Below are positions 1 through 13,489 of a stretch of DNA of 64,000 bases, piece after piece. Positions within the stretch are counted from its first letter, which is position 1. Every line of letters starts with the position of its first letter. This DNA is from Octopus vulgaris. Its lineage: Eukaryota. The position numbers and the translations under genes were made by a program. Under the pieces are notes generated by a model that saw only the letters and a program-made list of their open reading frames with translations, was not told the DNA's origin and searched no databases. The stretch is from NCBI GenBank assembly GCA_951406725.2, contig OX597815.1, forward strand, positions 206,708,001 to 206,772,000, given 5' to 3'.

Positions 1-531
1 TTATTCCAAATTAATTAATTTCACCCTTCATTATTACGGATAACCATATTTTATCTCAGTAGATGACCATAGCATCTTGTTTTGGCTACACGCGGGTGGG
101 AAGGGGCTGGTGACACAATCCTTTCATTCACACTTTGAGTTTGGTGATACTAGTTGCGGATTCTAGCTCGCTCTGATACTGAGTTGAGTTGGTGCCTTCT
201 AGTATCTCAAAATTCAATATATAATCACTTATGATTATAGTATTCTACGCTGAAGAGAAAAGAAGTTTGGGTAACGTAGAATTATTTAATATTTAATTCT
301 CATGCTTTCCTAAAAACTTGATTTCGAAACGTGCGTCCGTAGATAACTTAAAATTGTATGATAGATTGCCGTCAATTCATTCTCTCTTACCTGTTTGTGT
401 CCGCCTTCCAATTGCTGTGTTTTTTACTGAGATCTCCCTTTTTAGTAGAAGAAATAGCTATAACTCTTTGACTGCTATTTCTAAATTCGGTCTGTGGTAA
501 GGCAATTCGTTGCTAAACCCTTTATTGCTTA

Positions 532-532
<1 letters not shown>

Positions 533-614
<82 letters not shown>
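533..614. repeat. (TA)n microsatellite
   Basis: Pure TA dinucleotide run; flanked on both sides by short dispersed elements. Confidence 0.97.
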
Positions 615-620
<6 letters not shown>

Positions 621-627
621 CATATAT

Positions 628-763
628 CCTCGTGTTCCTTTCTGTTGAAGAGCGTAGGCTCGAAACTTTAAAGACTTTCTCACTTTCCCGAGTGTCAAAC
701 TAATGCACCTGATTGTTGTTTATACTCCTGTCTTTGTCTTTTGTTTTTCTGTAAATTTTAACT
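628..763 (+). mobile_element. Non-autonomous PLE-type element (family A) with degenerate minimal hammerhead at 638-673
   Basis: CTTT-CTGTTGA-A-GAGC(GTAG)GCTC-GAAAC-TTT-AAAG; closely similar to 26190-26316; 3' end runs into (TA)n. Confidence 0.65.
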
Positions 764-1118
764 ATATATATATATATATATATATATACATAAATAAAAG
801 GGCAACCAACCTGAAAATTGGTTATGAAGCCAGCACATAAGTTTGAATATGCGCTCCGACTCTTTTCACACTCGAGACTGGTGCATCCAAAACTGTCTGT
901 GACCTTTTTTGCAGGTTATCCAAGCCATGAAGGGCCCTGCGTCCTGTGGAACATAATCCTTTAAATGGCAACAGAGTTCCTACTTGATCTTTGATGTATT
1001 TAGGATCCCTCGAAGTAAATCGGAAGTATGTGAGATATCAGTCACTTTTCCAAACTACAATAAAGTCAGAAGCCTTCGTGAAGATAGATTCTTTCTTTGA
1101 GAGGATGGAAAACAAGCA

Positions 1119-1520
1119 TAGGTGTAGGCATAGCGATATGGTGAGAAGTTTACTTCTCAACGGTTTGGCTCCGGTCTTAGTTCCACTGCATGGCACCTTG
1201 GACAAATGTCTTCTACTATAGTCCTGGGCTGACCAAAGCCTTATCAGTGGATTTGATGTATGTGTGCGCGTGCATGAATGTGTGTGTGTGTGTGTGTGTG
1301 TGTGTCTTTGTGCCCGAGTTTGTCCCCCATCACTGCTTGATATCCAATGTTGGTGTGTTTATGTTCCCGTAATATGAGCGGTTTCAGCAAAAGTGACCGG
1401 TAGAATAATTACCAGGTTTTGAAAAAAATAAGAACAGGGGTCGATTCATTTGACTAAAATTTCCTCAAGACGATGTCTCAGCATGGTCGCAGTCTAATGA
1501 CTTTAACATGTAAAAGATAA
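1119..1520 (+). mobile_element. tRNA-derived SINE family 1, diverged copy
   Basis: Colinear with 35034-35473: tRNA-like head, CACCTTGGACAAATGTCTTCTACTATAG, internal (TG)n, GCAGTCTAATGACT...GTAAAAGATAAAA tail. Confidence 0.8.
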
Positions 1521-1547
1521 AATATGAAAGAAGTGTCGTTTACAATA

Positions 1548-2443
1548 ATTCTTCCTTCGAGATGTATAAGGCGCGAAATCTTTGTGGTGGAAGGGACTAG
1601 TCAATTATATCGACCCAGTTCCATCTAGTATTCGTTTTATCAGCACTGAAAGGCTGGAAGGCAGAGTCAACCTCAGCAGAATTTGAACTCAGAACGTAAA
1701 ACTGAAAGAAATGACTCTAAGCATTTTGTCCAGAGCGCTATCAATTCTGCCAGCTCGCCATAATCTTTTTTTAAACTTTGGTAGACAGTCAACAATTTTA
1801 GTAGGAGTTGAAGTCGATTATAGCGACCCTAGTGCTCAACAGGCCATTTTTTATCGTTCCCGAAAGGATACAAGGCAAAGCCTACCTCAACATCATTTGA
1901 ACTTAGCATAAAGAGCCGGATACATATGCTGCTGGTCAATTTGACCCGCGTGGGAACGATTCTGCCATCTCGCCGCCTTAGGTTAACAAAATACTCCTTT
2001 CTCTTATAGGCACAATGCCTGAAATTTTGAGGAGTGGGGTCTGGTCGATTAAATTGACCATAGTACTTGACTGGTACTTATTTTATTGACTCCGAAAGGA
2101 TGAAAAGCAAAACCAACCTCAGCGGAATTTGATTTCAGAGCGAAAGGACGGGCGAAATGTCGCTAAGTATTTTGCCCGGCGTGTTAACGATTCTGCCAGT
2201 TCGTCGCCTTATTCAGTATGATATATTGGTTTCACACTTTGGTACATGGCCAGCAGTTTAGGGGGTTGAGGTAAGTCGATTACATCGACCCCATTTCTGA
2301 AGTGATACTTATTTAAATGTACGCCGACAGGAGGAAAGGCAAAGTCGACCCTGGGTGAAATTTGATCTCAGAACAAAAAGATGGACTAAATGCCGCAAAG
2401 CATTTTACCCTGCGCGGTAACGACTCCGCCAGCTCGCCGCCTT
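1548..2443 (-). mobile_element. Head-to-tail array of four diverged SINE family 2 copies (~220-bp period)
   Basis: Repeated block ...GTCGATT..ATCGACCC...GAAAGG...AATTTGA.CTCAGAAC...CTGCCAGCTCGCC, ending at about 1760, 1980, 2210 and 2443. Confidence 0.85.
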
Positions 2444-3812
2444 CTGTTCAGTATTACATATTAGCATCTACACAGATAATAAATTTATATACCTGTAGGG
2501 ATCTCTTCCACTTCGAAACTGTTATTGACAATCACCGATTCACATAGTTCGAATAAAGTTTATAGCTAGACTCACAAAGTTTATAGTTATAATAATTTTG
2601 TCAAGTATATTCTGCAGCTTGGAAAAAATAAATTGAATCTCTCAGCTTTATGAAAACTATTTACGTTATATATATGAGATTTTCATATAAGATTTTTTCA
2701 TGTTATATAGGATGTATTTCCGATAATTCATCGAAATTGGAATGATATATGTTAGCTAACATTCTAAAAAAGAAAAGAATAATTCTTTATTGTTATTATA
2801 CCAAACTCCAATTCATTTTTAGCTGACATGAGCTTAAGTTTATGTGAATTATGTAAGAAAAAAATTTCCCAGTAGAGATGTAATTGTTCCTCATATTTCA
2901 TCGGAATCTAATGCTCAATATATTAAATATCCTCTTTCGTTGTTAAAGCTACTGCGACAACCATTATTGGTTAGAATACAAGTTGTTTCTTTTAACAATA
3001 CATAAATCCTAAACATATACATCTGGAGATTGGATGATAAGCTCAAACCGGATATATTCCCAATAATGCGTAGTGAGTGATATTTTTAGGAAAGTAATTT
3101 TTGGCCAATCATGAAAACTTTCACACTTGTCTTTTCTTTTCACAATTCATATGCTATATTAAAATGTGTATTATCGACTGGTATAAAATAAGTACCACTT
3201 GAACACGAGGATCGATCGACTTACCTTCTCTCCTGAAATTGCTGGCCTTGGGCCAAAAATTGAAATCAATACTCATATTACATCCTTGCTTCTCGAAGGA
3301 AAAAATAGCTTCTACTCCAGATCTGCACACTTTTCAGATTTACTATTGCTCAGACATTTTCCACAGCTTTGAATGCTACCCTAGCATTTTTCTCAAGAAA
3401 CTAAACTCCTAAATACCCCATCTTTCTTTGGTGTTCTTATCTAAGGCCCGCCAAATATACTGTCTTGTATAAATATAAGTTTGTCTTGTCTGAGAGCAAG
3501 ATATTATACTAAATAGATATTTGAAATCACCCCTTACTTTATCTAAAGTAGTAAAAAATTTCTTCTTCAAACAGAGATCGATATGAAATGATGAAAGCAA
3601 ATCGAAGGATTTTCATGGTGTTGTGTTTTCCAATATCGAAATCTCTTTTTTGCGGCAAGTATTTTCACACTCAGTTCTCTCTTTCAGCTCTTTTAACTTT
3701 ACTGCCTCAATTTCACGCATACAAAAATAAAGATCATTTTGCGCAACTGCTATGTTGGCCAAGGAATATGAAAACCATTTCCAAATCCTCAAATATCCAA
3801 CTTAGAAGTATT

Positions 3813-4454
3813 TGTAGCGGGCTGCATATGTGATGCCATATCAGTTCGATATGATGTTGCCCACTACTGAATGTAGCGTGTAGATGTAACGCTTAAAGGT
3901 TCTCGCTTCGGAGTAACCAGTGAACATCGAAGAATCAACACAAAGAAGGAAGGAATGTTATTTACATATATTCATTCGTTTTCCCAACAGGTAGTTTAAA
4001 AGACAGAAGTAATAGTTTAGAAAAAGGTTGGTTCGCTAGTTAGTAGTTGGTAGTGTGTGGAAATTGTCTGTTAGTAGAGAGTGAAAGATTAAGGAATGCA
4101 CGGTGCTGACTAGAAAGGAAGAAAGGATAAAGGTGGCATCGCTTTTCTTGTGACCGAAAGGGAAGTGTTGCGCTTGGTCATGGCTGACGCAGAAGAGCGT
4201 GTTGCTCCTTGGTGTGACTGACACAAAAAAGAGGAAGAGATAGGAAGTGTTCTCTGTTACAAAGACTATGGTCAGTAATTTAGGTCAAACCATAAACAGA
4301 AGACTGACCTTTCCTTGACCAGCACAGGTCCTTAGGGATCAAGTGCTTCCTCATCAATCATCTGGTGTGGAGAGCATTTGCCGCTCGTTTTAACAAGTAA
4401 CAAGCGGGTGGATTTGGTTTCAAATCTAAGGTAGGGCGAAGCGAGTTCTCTACA
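3813..4454. mobile_element. Probable solo LTR (Gypsy-type)
   Basis: 642 bp bounded by TGTAG...CTACA with a 4-bp target duplication TATT (3809-3812 / 4455-4458); GC-richer than flanks; no ORF. Confidence 0.6.
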
Positions 4455-5985
4455 TATTTTAACTTTTTCAGTACTACTTTCATAGTTTCGTAAATTTCTT
4501 TTTGACACATCAAATGTCCAGTCAGTGCAAAAGAAAAAGAAAATCGAAATCTTTATAAGAAGCCTTCATAAGGAATTCATCTGTCTTACCACTTTTCTCA
4601 GTTAATATTCGTCACTTGATTCTTGCTTTGTCTTAACAATTTAAAGACGACACTTTCTGGAATCATTAGCTCATTGGACAGAATGCATTCCGACATTTCT
4701 TCCGACCCTTTACATTCTAAGTTCAGATTCTACCGAAGTTAACTTTGCCTTTCATCCATTCGAGGTCGATAAAATAAGTACCAGTCAAGAATTGGGGCCG
4801 ATGTAATCGATTTTCCCCTCCCTAAAAATCGCTGGTCTTGTGCCAAAATTAAGAATTATTAGCCTATCAGAGTACAGTCTTGTTCTTTGATTCTCTCGTT
4901 GTCATAAAGAACGATGCGGTTGTGACGTAAAAGCAATGTATGAAATTAACTTGATTGCCATTAAAAAAAGACTTATAGAAATTATTTCAATTATAAATAA
5001 TCTGAGTGGTCTAAAGCTACGAATTAATACTGATAACTTCGCACTTTTGGCTTTTGGCCCTTATTGATAGACGTTGGCAAGTTAGACAAAACTTAATATC
5101 ATATTTAGAAACAGTGACCCCAAAAAATCAAAAGCTAGCTTGACTTTTAAAAGAGCAAAATTGTTGTATGCTAGTGTAATATGTTAAGTCGGGAAGAAGC
5201 AGTTTTTGTCAGGAACTAAATCCGAGAAAGTTCTAAAAAATTGTTGCCGTATCATTTACTGACAGTGCCTTGTTTACAGAATAAAGCTGACATATGCTAC
5301 AATTTTGACACAAGGCAGTGGAAACAAACAAGTGAAAAAAAAAGATGGTTATACGTGCCAGAATATGACATATAAGATGAATGACTACTCTAACTGAAAC
5401 CTTACTGAATAAAAATCTTTCATTTCTTGAGAACATGTGTCTAATACATGATATTTGCAAAACAAAATATGTTGCTTCGATATCACCCCGACGATATCAT
5501 TCACATCTAGGACACTGGACTACATAATTATGGAAATGTAAGGTTTAAAAAAGGCGGTTTATTGGTAGAATTGTTAGAATGTCGGGTAGATTTCCTTTCT
5601 GTTAGAATGTCGGGTAGATTTCCTTTCTTGTCCTCTGAGATCAAAACATGCCGAGGTCAACTTTACAACTTGTCCTTTCGGTGTTGATAAGGAAGCATTC
5701 AAGCAGGTGAATTTGTAGAATTCTCAAAGTATCTGAGGTGCTAATGGCCAGAGTTAATCACTTGACTATTTTAGCACCTCGTTCAACCTGCACTCAGCCA
5801 GCGTGAGCAAGTTGTCCTAAAGCTACCAGGGTTACTGTTGAATCTTCATTCAACTTGGAATAAAAACGGTAGGGCGGTGAAAATGTTATTAATAACGTCA
5901 ATTATTTTGTAATTAAACGGAATTATTTTTTGCTCAGAAATTAAAATTTCTGCAGAAGAATCGAAAGGAAGTTAGGTGTCGTGTG

Positions 5986-5986
<1 letters not shown>

Positions 5987-6078
<92 letters not shown>
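5987..6078. repeat. (CA)n-(TA)n compound microsatellite
   Basis: Direct reading; abuts the 3' end of the decayed PLE. Confidence 0.95.
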
Positions 6079-7190
6079 AGGAAAGTAGGACGATGTAGAA
6101 AAAAATAATTTTATCATGATGAATATTTTAGTACCGGTTTCAGTCTCTGCGACTTTTTAAACTTAGAGTAAAGCATGAAAAACAATTAAATTATGGAAAA
6201 GTTAAATGAGATGTTTTTAAAAATATTTCTATATGTTCAAATACGTGGGATATTTTCCTTTTTTCTGTCTCTATTACTTTTGTGATGGCTCGATAGGCAG
6301 GTAGTAACAGATCTGAAGAAATATTTAAAATGATGGATGTTGGTTCTGGATTTTGATTAAGTAGCTGTAGCCGAGGAAGGAGACGGCGAAAAAGAAGAAG
6401 AAGAAAAAGAAGTTGGAAAAGAAGAGAAAAAAAGAAAAAGATGGTAGTGGTATATCAGTAGTAGACAGTTAGTAGAGTCTTCTTAAATGAACAAGTGATC
6501 AAAAAGTGACCTGTTGTCGTTATAGCAGTAGTGATTGGAATTGTTCTGAATAAATTCATGGATAGCGACTGTTCCGAATATACCGTTTTTAATATTTGCG
6601 TGGGTATTATTCTAAGGCCCTTCTAGTAGTGTCATCTATAGTAAAAGCATTCAAAATGGGCTTATATTTTGCGATAACGTGACTCTTTGCTAATGCCCTA
6701 ATTATAGGTTGTATCGTCCCTGAATTTATAGAGGGAGAAAATTCTGAAGTTGGGTTCTCGTTAGTGGCGCAAATGCCAATGTGTTAGCTAAATGCAATAT
6801 TTCCAAATTTTAACCTGGAATCTATGTAGGGTCATCCTCTGGCGTAGACTGTTTTGGTTTAGCCTATGTATTGCTCTTGACACCAAGAGCAAGTTAATAC
6901 ACATATTAAGGTTTTCCGAAACACATGTGAAGTTGTTTTTCACTGTAAAACGTTGACCATGTTTGAAAGAGAACCTCGATCCCTCAAGTAGCTTGATACA
7001 TATACCACAGTTAGGTCTTCCGCATTTTTCTTTTACTGACGGCTTCAATGTTGTTGCCGAGTGTACTTGGGCTTGTGCTAGGAGACGTTCCATTGACTTG
7101 GGCTGTCTTTTTACTTTTTAGGATGGGGTGCGTTTGGAGGATTGGGTTCATTCTGTGGTCCCTTTTTAGTAGAGGAATGTTCTCTATTTT
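6079..7190 (-). pseudogene. Decayed 5'-truncated Penelope-like element (3' part of ORF, 3' UTR, mutated hammerhead)
   Basis: ORF 6788-7093 KPSVKEKCGRPNCGICIKLLEGSRFSFKHGQRFTVKNNFTCVSENL is homologous to the PLE at 11353; minus strand ~6130-6162 reads TTTAAAA-AGTC(GCAGA)GACT-GAAACCGGTA-CT (hammerhead with G5 lost). Confidence 0.9.
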
Positions 7191-7361
7191 TTAAATCTCG
7201 TTTCCGTATTTCACTCGTTTTCCCCTCATTTTTTTACGTATTTCATGTTATTTGCACCCTTGGTGACATCCTGTATCCATATATGCATGCATGTATGTAT
7301 GCATGTATATATATATGATTTACTATTTATTATTTAATTGAACGCATCTATTTCCATGTAA

Positions 7362-7408
<47 letters not shown>

Positions 7409-8595
7409 TTCTAAAAAAATGTTATTCTCTAGCTGGGAGACTGTATACCTATGAATGAATCCATTCATGCTGTCCTTCTTTTCTTACCGTTCTGGCTCTT
7501 ATACTAAACACTTTTAAAACTATCTTTTGCCTTTTCGTTAAAACTTTTTCATTCGATAACATATTTCTTTACTATATTTCCTTTTAATTATTAATCGTCA
7601 AGAGTTCGAATTAAACGCGAAGCCCATTTATTTAGTCACTCGTTTATCCCTCATTCCGACCCATGAATGCCTAAATAAACATAGGACAGTATTCTTACTC
7701 CATCTACTTTTTCATATTCCTCTTACTCTTCTTCCAAATATATTGTAAGGAAGTATAAACTCCTAATTGACGAAAAATATTAACAAAACAAAACAAAACA
7801 TTTAACAGTTTTAAAATATTAATCATTATCCAGCCCAACCTAACCCACCAAAAAATCACAAGTATCATATTAAGTACCATAACACTTATGATGTTTACTT
7901 GATTTGGAATAAATACAATTTACTATTATTCTGATAAGCAACAGAACAGATTAAATTCAGCTAGGTTAAAACCTATAGATATCCTTCTTATGATACGAAT
8001 ATAATATCCTACTTGAAGCGGATGTGCTCCAAAGAAAAAAGACAAATAGAAATTCAATGACTTGAATATTATTGGCTAATTCAAAGTAGCAATCTTTGAC
8101 ACGAAATATGTGGAGACTTATTTCATATTCAACGAAAGAAAACCAGAAACCGTCGTTGAAATGCTAAGTCGCCCACACCTAAGACACAGCGTAAGTATAG
8201 TTCCTTACAAAAGTACACAATTTAATAGAAAGTTTGGATTTTTTATCTCTTCATGTTAGCTTTTGGCTGTCTATGTGCAGCATATCATTGTCTGTAATGT
8301 CGTTTTAGTACCAAGAAGATATGATACTGGAGTCTGAAGCTATGCAAAATACACTTTAAAATAAAACATAACTTAAGTTGGTCGTTGGAGAAACCAACAT
8401 AATCCACAAACTTCAAATATACATTGGAAAGAGGACAATGGAAGTTTGAAAATACTTACGAAATATAAAGGTTAAAATGTCGGAAGAAAAATAAAATCCA
8501 GATACCGTTACCATTTCACGAATCCATTCTTTTATTCAACTATTGTTTGATCCATTCTCATCTTTAAACTCATTTCTCATGCCTATTCCGTTTTT

Positions 8596-8800
8596 CTTTT
8601 ATTCTTTTACTTGTTTCAGTCATTTGACTGCGGCCATGCTGGAGCACCGCCTTTAGTCGAGCAAATCGACCCCGGGACTTATTCTTTGTAAGCCTAGTAC
8701 TTATTCTATCGGTCTCTTTTGCCGAACCGCTATGTGACGGGGACGTAAACACACCAGCATCGGTTGTCAAGCAATGCTAGGGGGACAAATACAGACATAG

Positions 8801-8840
<40 letters not shown>

Positions 8841-9035
8841 ACACACACACACACATATATATACATATATACGACAGGCTTCTTTCAGTTTCCGTCTACC
8901 AAATCCACTCACAAGGCATTGGTCGGCCCAGGGCTATAGCAGAAGACACTTGCCCAAGATGCCACGCAGTGGGACTGAACCCGGAACCATGTGGTTGGTT
9001 AGCAAGCTACTTACCACACAGCCACTCCTGCGCCT
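8596..9035 (-). mobile_element. tRNA-derived SINE family 1, full length
   Basis: Minus strand AGGCGCAGGAGTGGCTGTGTGGTAAG (A-box) ... GGTTCAGTCCC (B-box), CORE-like CTTGGGCAAGT, internal (CA)/(TA) tract, GTAAAAGA tail; about ten copies in window. Confidence 0.93.
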
Positions 9036-9548
9036 ATCTGCGTTAATCTATTTTTATTTCATCTATCCTTTTTTTCTTTCGATAACTATTATTCGTATCC
9101 ATTCCTTTATTCTTTTCACCTCTTTGTAACCATATTATTTAGTAAGCGACTCGTAAAATAGTAATTAAACATTCTGAATCCTATCAATCGAATACCTTCT
9201 GCGTATATAGTTGTAGCCCAGCACTGCATCAAAGCACTAAAATCAAACCTTAATATCATATTTAATCTACATTTATGTTGTTTCTCTATTTGTCCCTAAT
9301 TCCTAAAAACATCTTTCTAATAGTATTAGTTCAAATTTTTGTTCTGATATTGTGATGTTAGACATTTTACCGTTTTAATTTAGAATTAAGAGCATCTTCC
9401 TGTAAACATGTGCGTATTAAATAGATGTAGGTCTGGCAGTTTTTGATAGACATTGACGATAATTTTGAGAAACAATACCGTACAATAGAAATGGTATTTC
9501 AGGAATTTGTACTTCGCTGCATCCTTTATATTTATTCCTGATAAAAAA

Positions 9549-9764
9549 CGCGGGGTGCTAAAAAGTTCCTGGCTTTGGGTAAAAGAAAATACTGGAGGAT
9601 CAATTAATTGTGGTTTTATTCAACATGTTACCCTCTCAGATTCACACACTTGTTGCGGCAGTTCTTCCTTTTTTAAGTCTTATACAAGAACTCGGAATGT
9701 TGGGCCTCTAATCACGCCTTTCACTACATCCTGAAAACCAGGAACCTTTCAGCACCCCCATCGT
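9549..9764. mobile_element. Tc1/mariner-type MITE
   Basis: Imperfect TIRs CG.GGGGTGCTAAAAAGTTCCTGG / CCAGGAACCTTTCAGCACCCCCATCG; left-end fragments recur at ~19195-19260 and ~24462-24535. Confidence 0.7.
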
Positions 9765-9881
9765 TTGTAGTTGCTTACGTACATTCAAACTTAACTTACG
9801 TATACATGTGAACGTTGCTGTAGTGTTTTCTTAACAGCTTCAACTACAAGCAATAATACATCTCTGAACGAGGTATAAACA

Positions 9882-10179
9882 GTAATTGCACGACAATGTG
9901 AGGAATACTCAGCCATCTCAATATGTCTAACCATTAAGGGTGGGTGTTACTGTAGCTTGTAGCCCCAGGAGATCATCGTCTCCAGCTGGCTTTAGGCAAA
10001 CTTTCTGTGCCCTTATGGTATTTGCAAAGGGAGGTCACCCTTCCCTCGTCAACCTGGACACAGAAAGTGTGCCTAAAGCCAACTGGAGACGATGTTCTCC
10101 TGGGGCTACAAGCTACAGTAACACTCACCCTTAGTGGTTAGCCATATTGAGATGGCAAGTATACCTCACATTCAATTAC
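9882..10179. mobile_element. Foldback (palindromic) MITE, arms ~115-125 bp
   Basis: 9895-10010 is the reverse complement of ~10057-10172 (e.g. TGTTACTGTAGCTTGTAGCCCCAGGAGA / TCTCCTGGGGCTACAAGCTACAGTAACA). Confidence 0.8.
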
Positions 10180-10840
10180 AAGATTTCTTATTTATTCTTG
10201 TCCATCATACTTGTACCGTAGCATATTAATAATATAGAGAAAACCGTATTTTAGGTTTCCTGAGCCAGGTTGAACCACTTCACTTAACTACTTTCTCCCA
10301 GCTCGAGATGGTTGGTGGAATAAAGCATGAGTGAAACTGAATGTGAATTCAGCAGTACTTGCCAAAATTCTTATATAATTTAGTTTTCAGAGAAGCTCTT
10401 TATAATTATAGAAAATCTTCATAGCTTTCAAAGTTTAAGTTGCTGCATTTTAGACGAAATCGATCTTTACCATAGCAAATGGAAATATATTTTTACCGGG
10501 TTATTTCATTATTTATTAAGCCACAGTTTTCTAATTCTAAGGAAGATATCTGTAAAAAGTTCTGCAATGCATGATTCGGTTTTCTTTATGATCAAGACTT
10601 TTATCAGCTAATTAGTAAAGAGAATTTCCGTTGTGTCTGCTTGTTTATACTTTAATTTTATATCGCAATTGTAGAACGATAAGATCGATGGGTGCAGGTA
10701 TCTAAAGGGCCAATTACTGGTTCTTTTTTGCACACATCACACTCATACACGCATCACACACACTCACCCCTCCCACACACACATACACATACATACGCGC
10801 GCACGTACATACACATGTATGTGAATCTATACGTATGTTA

Positions 10841-11218
<378 letters not shown>

Positions 11219-11352
11219 TTACTGAGGAGCTATACGATAAATACGAGGACGAATCGTTAGCCAGAAATAGGAGTAACTACACCCCCTCGAAAGGTAAGAA
11301 TAAAACACTTGATGATTTCTGTGACCACATATCAAATTACCCATATCAACAT

Positions 11353-13329
11353 ATGCACAAACAAAAACACAAACCAAACTTCAGCAAAAAAGAATGGGCT
11401 GAGTTGAACAAATTAAAACTAGATAAAACAATAACAATCAAAGAGGCCGATAAAGGGAGTGCTGTTGTCTTAATGGATACGACATTTTACATAACTTTGG
11501 TACTTTCTATGCTGGAAGACACAACATACTATGAAAAGGCACAAAACTACAGTCAACAAAAAATAATGAGGGAACTAAAATCCATATTAAACCCATACAA
11601 AGCAGGGCTCACCGACAAAGAATATGATTATATGACCAATTTCACAAGTAAAACTAGCCAATTCTACGGTATACCTAAGATCCACAAAAGTGAAAAAATA
11701 AGCAACGCATGCAAGATAGCTACAGACAAAATAATTAAAGTCCCTAACCCTAATGACCTCAAATTGAGACCCATAATAGCAGGTCCCGCATGCGAAACCC
11801 ACCGCCTCAGTAACTTTTTAGACACCCTGTTAAAACCACTCCTCAAACATGTCAAAAGCTATATAAGGGACGACTTAGATATGCTCAATCACCTACCGAA
11901 TACTATAAACAAAAACACCATACTGGTATCCTTCGATGTAGTCAACCTCTACTCCAATATCCCCCACAACCTAGGACTAGAGGCAATCCAATTCTGGCTA
12001 GAGAATCACGCCAACGAACTACCACACCGCATCAAAAAAGAATTTGTGATAGAAGGGGTTAAATTCATCCTGGAAAATAACTTCTTCGCCTTCAATGACA
12101 ACTTCTACCGACAAAAATCGGGGACTGCGATGGGTACACGAATGGCCCCCTCCTTTGCCAACCTAGTCATAGGATACCTAGAGATCAGTCTGTATCGTAA
12201 GGTTCTAGAAAGATATGGCAGCCCTTTCTCCATCTACATAGAAAACAACTGGAAGAGATATCTAGATGACTGTTTCATCCTTTGGCATAAAAATATAGAA
12301 AAACTCATAGAATTCCAGAAAATTTTAAACGGACTGGACGTAAACATCCAATTCACGATGGAATATAGCCAACAACAACTCCCCTTCCTCGATATCCTCA
12401 TTAAGAAAGCTAATAATATAATAGAAACAGACATATACTATAAGCCTACAGACTCTAAGCAATATCTTCCATTCAATTCATGCCACCCCAGACACACCAG
12501 GATGAATATCCCCTTCAATCTAGCAAAAAGGATATGCACTATAGTCTCTAACGCAAACACCAGAGACACACGACTACAAGAACTAAAAGATACCCTAATC
12601 ACCAGGAACTATCCACCTTCACTTATTGACAAGTGCATTCAACGTGCCCTTCAACTTAACATCAAGGAACTGAGACATCCCAAATCAAAGAAAAACTTAC
12701 AACCAAAAGCCTTACCATACATCTCCACATACAACCCTCTCAATAACGAAGCCTTCGACACCATCCTCCACAACATACCCCTCCTAAAAAAAGACCACAG
12801 AATGAACACAATCCTCCAAACACACACGATCATAAAAAGCAAAAGACAGCCTAGATCCATGAAAAGTCTCCTTACACAAGCCCGAATTCACTCTTCAACA
12901 CAGAAGCCGACAGTAAAAAAATGTGGAAGACCCAATTGCGGGATATGCGACTATCTAATTGAGGGATCAGAGTTCTCCTTCAAACAGGGACAACGGTTTA
13001 CAGTGAAAAGCAACTTCACATGTGCTTCGGAGAACCTAATATACTCACTAACCTGCTCCGGGTGTCAAGAGCAGTACATAGGCCAAACAAAAAATGGTTT
13101 GCGTAAACGAATGGCTCTGCACAGATCCCAGATAAAAATTCCCCAAAACAGAAAAATAGCTTTTAGCCAACACATAGATACTTGCGCCAACAAAAAAACA
13201 CCAAACTTCAGAATTTTCCCCCTCTACCAATTTAGGGACGATACAACCTCGAGACAACGAATAAGTAAAGAAAATCTCTTTATTACAAAATACAAGCCAC
13301 TTCTTAACGGGTCTACGACAAACAATTAA
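11353..13329 (+). CDS. PLE reverse transcriptase with C-terminal GIY-YIG endonuclease (658 aa from first Met; frame open from 11218)
   Basis: PLE RT motifs KEADKGSAVV, FYGIPKIHK, LRPIIAG, SFDVVNLYSNIP, QKSGTAMGTRMAPSFANL, RYLDDCF, LPFLDI, YYKPTD; linker CGRPNCGIC; endonuclease NLIY..CSGC..YIGQT..R..H..H..E..LN; no stops or frameshifts. Confidence 0.96.
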   Translation: MHKQKHKPNFSKKEWAELNKLKLDKTITIKEADKGSAVVLMDTTFYITLVLSMLEDTTYYEKAQNYSQQKIMRELKSILNPYKAGLTDKEYDYMTNFTSKTSQFYGIPKIHKSEKISNACKIATDKIIKVPNPNDLKLRPIIAGPACETHRLSNFLDTLLKPLLKHVKSYIRDDLDMLNHLPNTINKNTILVSFDVVNLYSNIPHNLGLEAIQFWLENHANELPHRIKKEFVIEGVKFILENNFFAFNDNFYRQKSGTAMGTRMAPSFANLVIGYLEISLYRKVLERYGSPFSIYIENNWKRYLDDCFILWHKNIEKLIEFQKILNGLDVNIQFTMEYSQQQLPFLDILIKKANNIIETDIYYKPTDSKQYLPFNSCHPRHTRMNIPFNLAKRICTIVSNANTRDTRLQELKDTLITRNYPPSLIDKCIQRALQLNIKELRHPKSKKNLQPKALPYISTYNPLNNEAFDTILHNIPLLKKDHRMNTILQTHTIIKSKRQPRSMKSLLTQARIHSSTQKPTVKKCGRPNCGICDYLIEGSEFSFKQGQRFTVKSNFTCASENLIYSLTCSGCQEQYIGQTKNGLRKRMALHRSQIKIPQNRKIAFSQHIDTCANKKTPNFRIFPLYQFRDDTTSRQRISKENLFITKYKPLLNGSTTNN

Positions 13330-13454
13330 TATACCTCAACTTTAGAATAAAAGAAAAATATATATACACACACAAATATTACACTCCATAGAATCCATTA
13401 CTAATCAGCCCCTTCATAGCTATACTTACACCCATTCATATTCTCCCTTCTCTG

Positions 13455-13456
13455 TT

Positions 13457-13489
<33 letters not shown>

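Noticed and set aside
8570-9129. Recurrent short ORFs such as MPRSGTEPGTMWLVSKLLTT and RPRKDERQSRPRRNLNSER
   Set aside because: Reading frames through SINE families 1 and 2, repeated wherever the SINE occurs.
11587-13257. Minus-strand ORFs overlapping the PLE
   Set aside because: Short antisense shadows of the RT ORF.
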